Shown here: positions 62,683 through 64,000 of the stretch, piece after piece
Position numbering within the stretch: position 1 is the stretch's first letter
How the letters are laid out: each line of letters opens with the position of its first letter
Source: an uncultured delta proteobacterium
GTDB taxonomy: Bacteria; Desulfobacterota; Syntrophia; Syntrophales; UBA2185
Length of the DNA: 64,000 nucleotides
Assembly (NCBI GenBank): GCA_963695875.1
Contig: CAVOID010000009.1
Coordinates: 160,001-224,000, forward strand
Reading direction: 5' to 3'
Notes under the pieces: generated by a model
Seen by the model: only the letters and a program-made list of their open reading frames with translations
The model's database searches: none
What the model was told of the DNA's origin: nothing
Program-made: the position numbers and the translations under genes

Positions 62683-63439
62683 TCCTTTTCTGAATAAGCT
62701 GGGATACTATACTTATGGCAATTTCCTCAGGCCCCTCTGCACCAATGGCAAGACCGACAGGAATAGTCAATCGAGCCATATCATCCTTTGAGAATCCTTC
62801 CTCCTCGAGAGTTTTCATCAGTACTTCCCGCTTTCGCTTGCTGCCGATTATACCAATGTAACCGGCAGGGGTTTTAAGAGCCGTGCGCACGGCTGCAAAG
62901 TCGCTTTCATAGCTCGGCGTTGCTATGACAATGTAAGTATCCGCATTGACGTGTAGCGCGGAGAGAACCTTCTCGCTTTCCCCGATAAGAATTTCATCGG
63001 CATTCAGTATGTGATCACCTGTGGCGTATTCGGCGCGTTCATCAGACACTATCACCCTGAAACCCACGAATTTCGCGGCCCTTGCTAAAGCATGCCCCAC
63101 GTGACCTGCGCCAAAGATAAGAAGACGAGGCATCATACCGAGAGGTTCAATATAGATAAGGAGCTTCCCCCCGCATACATGACCGTATTTCTCGGTGAGA
63201 GTCAAAGAAAGAGTCTTCGGTTTGCCCTGACTAATAGCTGCAAGAGCGGCATCGATTACTTCCAACTCGACCGCGCCTCCGCCGACGGTTCCTATGATTG
63301 ACCGGTCGCTCCTCACCAGCATCTTCGCTCCCGATTTTCGCGGCGCGGAACCGTTGTTCTCTACCACCGTTGCGAGGGCGAACGGGACATTTTTTTTCGA
63401 CAGCCGCACAACTTCCTCGAATATGGCAAGATCGTTCAT
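62612..63439 (-). CDS. xdhC: XdhC/CoxF family Moco-insertion chaperone (true 3' end probably near 62680)
   Basis: GSAPRKSGAKM, GTVGGG, CGG, IFGAGHVG, YIGIIGSKRK, PVGLAIG...PEEIAISI. Confidence 0.92.
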   Translation of the reverse strand: MNDLAIFEEVVRLSKKNVPFALATVVENNGSAPRKSGAKMLVRSDRSIIGTVGGGAVELEVIDAALAAISQGKPKTLSLTLTEKYGHVCGGKLLIYIEPLGMMPRLLIFGAGHVGHALARAAKFVGFRVIVSDERAEYATGDHILNADEILIGESEKVLSALHVNADTYIVIATPSYESDFAAVRTALKTPAGYIGIIGSKRKREVLMKTLEEEGFSKDDMARLTIPVGLAIGAEGPEEIAISIVSQLIQKRSGGGNKTVSDSPGRGAVIADGNS

Positions 63440-63486
63440 CTGAATTTCTCCGATAATACCATGCACTTCCTTTCGACGCAGATTAC

Positions 63487-64000
63487 TCAAGCTTTCTTCA
63501 ACTCCTCAGGACGGATCGGCAGAGTTCGGATCCGCTTTCCCGTGGCGGCAAAAACGGCATTAGCCACTGCCGGAGCGATGGGCGGCACACCCGGTTCTCC
63601 CACACCACCGAGAGGTTTCACACTCGGCACAATATAAACTTCCACTTTGGGCATGTCGCTCATGCGAAGCATCGGGTAATTGTGGAAGTTGCTCTGCTCC
63701 ACCCGGCCGTTTTTCAGGGTGATCGCGCCATAGAGTGCGGCGGTCAGGCCAAAGACGATGCCTCCCTCCATCTGGGCGGCGACGGTATCGGGGTTGACTA
63801 CCCTGCCGCAGTCAATGGCACAGACTACCCGGTGTACATGGACCTTGCCGTCATTGGACACGGATACTTCAGCGACCTGGGCGATGAAGCTCCCGAAGGA
63901 TTCATGCACGGCAATACCTCTTGCCCGGCCTGCTGGTAATGTAGTACCCCAGCCGGCCTTTTGCGCAGCCAGCTCCAGTGCGCCTTTATGCCGGGGATGT
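63487..64000 (-). CDS. Xanthine dehydrogenase-family molybdopterin-binding subunit (IorB-like); 5' part outside the window
   Basis: [50 protein letters not shown]...ATGKRIR.LP. Confidence 0.92.
   Translation of the reverse strand, partial: HPRHKGALELAAQKAGWGTTLPAGRARGIAVHESFGSFIAQVAEVSVSNDGKVHVHRVVCAIDCGRVVNPDTVAAQMEGGIVFGLTAALYGAITLKNGRVEQSNFHNYPMLRMSDMPKVEVYIVPSVKPLGGVGEPGVPPIAPAVANAVFAATGKRIRTLPIRPEELKKA

Overview
Gene-dense chromosomal region from an anaerobic deltaproteobacterium-like genome (Desulfobacterota/Syntrophales-like; inferred from gene content, not tested). It is dominated by redox and oxidative-stress genes (fumC, msrAB, cytochrome c, AhpD-like, flavodoxin, two nitroreductases, flavin reductase, perR-rubrerythrin), Mo/W-cofactor genes (AOR, MoaD, XdhC, MocA, an Xdh/IorB-type subunit, CoxD/CoxE-like), transporters, envelope genes and PAS/sigma54 signalling. 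More than a dozen single-base frameshifts in unrelated genes look like long-read indel errors rather than true pseudogenes. Main observations: (1) a 66-aa protein with both a lipoprotein signal and a PEP-CTERM tail, preceded by a sigma54 promoter and a tandemly amplified PrsR-type enhancer; (2) five copies of a 117-118 bp two-hairpin element, three of which supply stop codons to neighbouring genes through the same end; (3) an intact IS1202-like element with a ~16 bp target duplication next to the aor promoter; (4) a stand-alone AIPR defence-type gene; (5) two paralogous small proteins ending in KGTFIDIxI; (6) a complete sigma54/IHF/UAS promoter driving uncharacterised small proteins. No rRNA, tRNA or CRISPR array was seen. 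All family calls come from motif recognition by eye.
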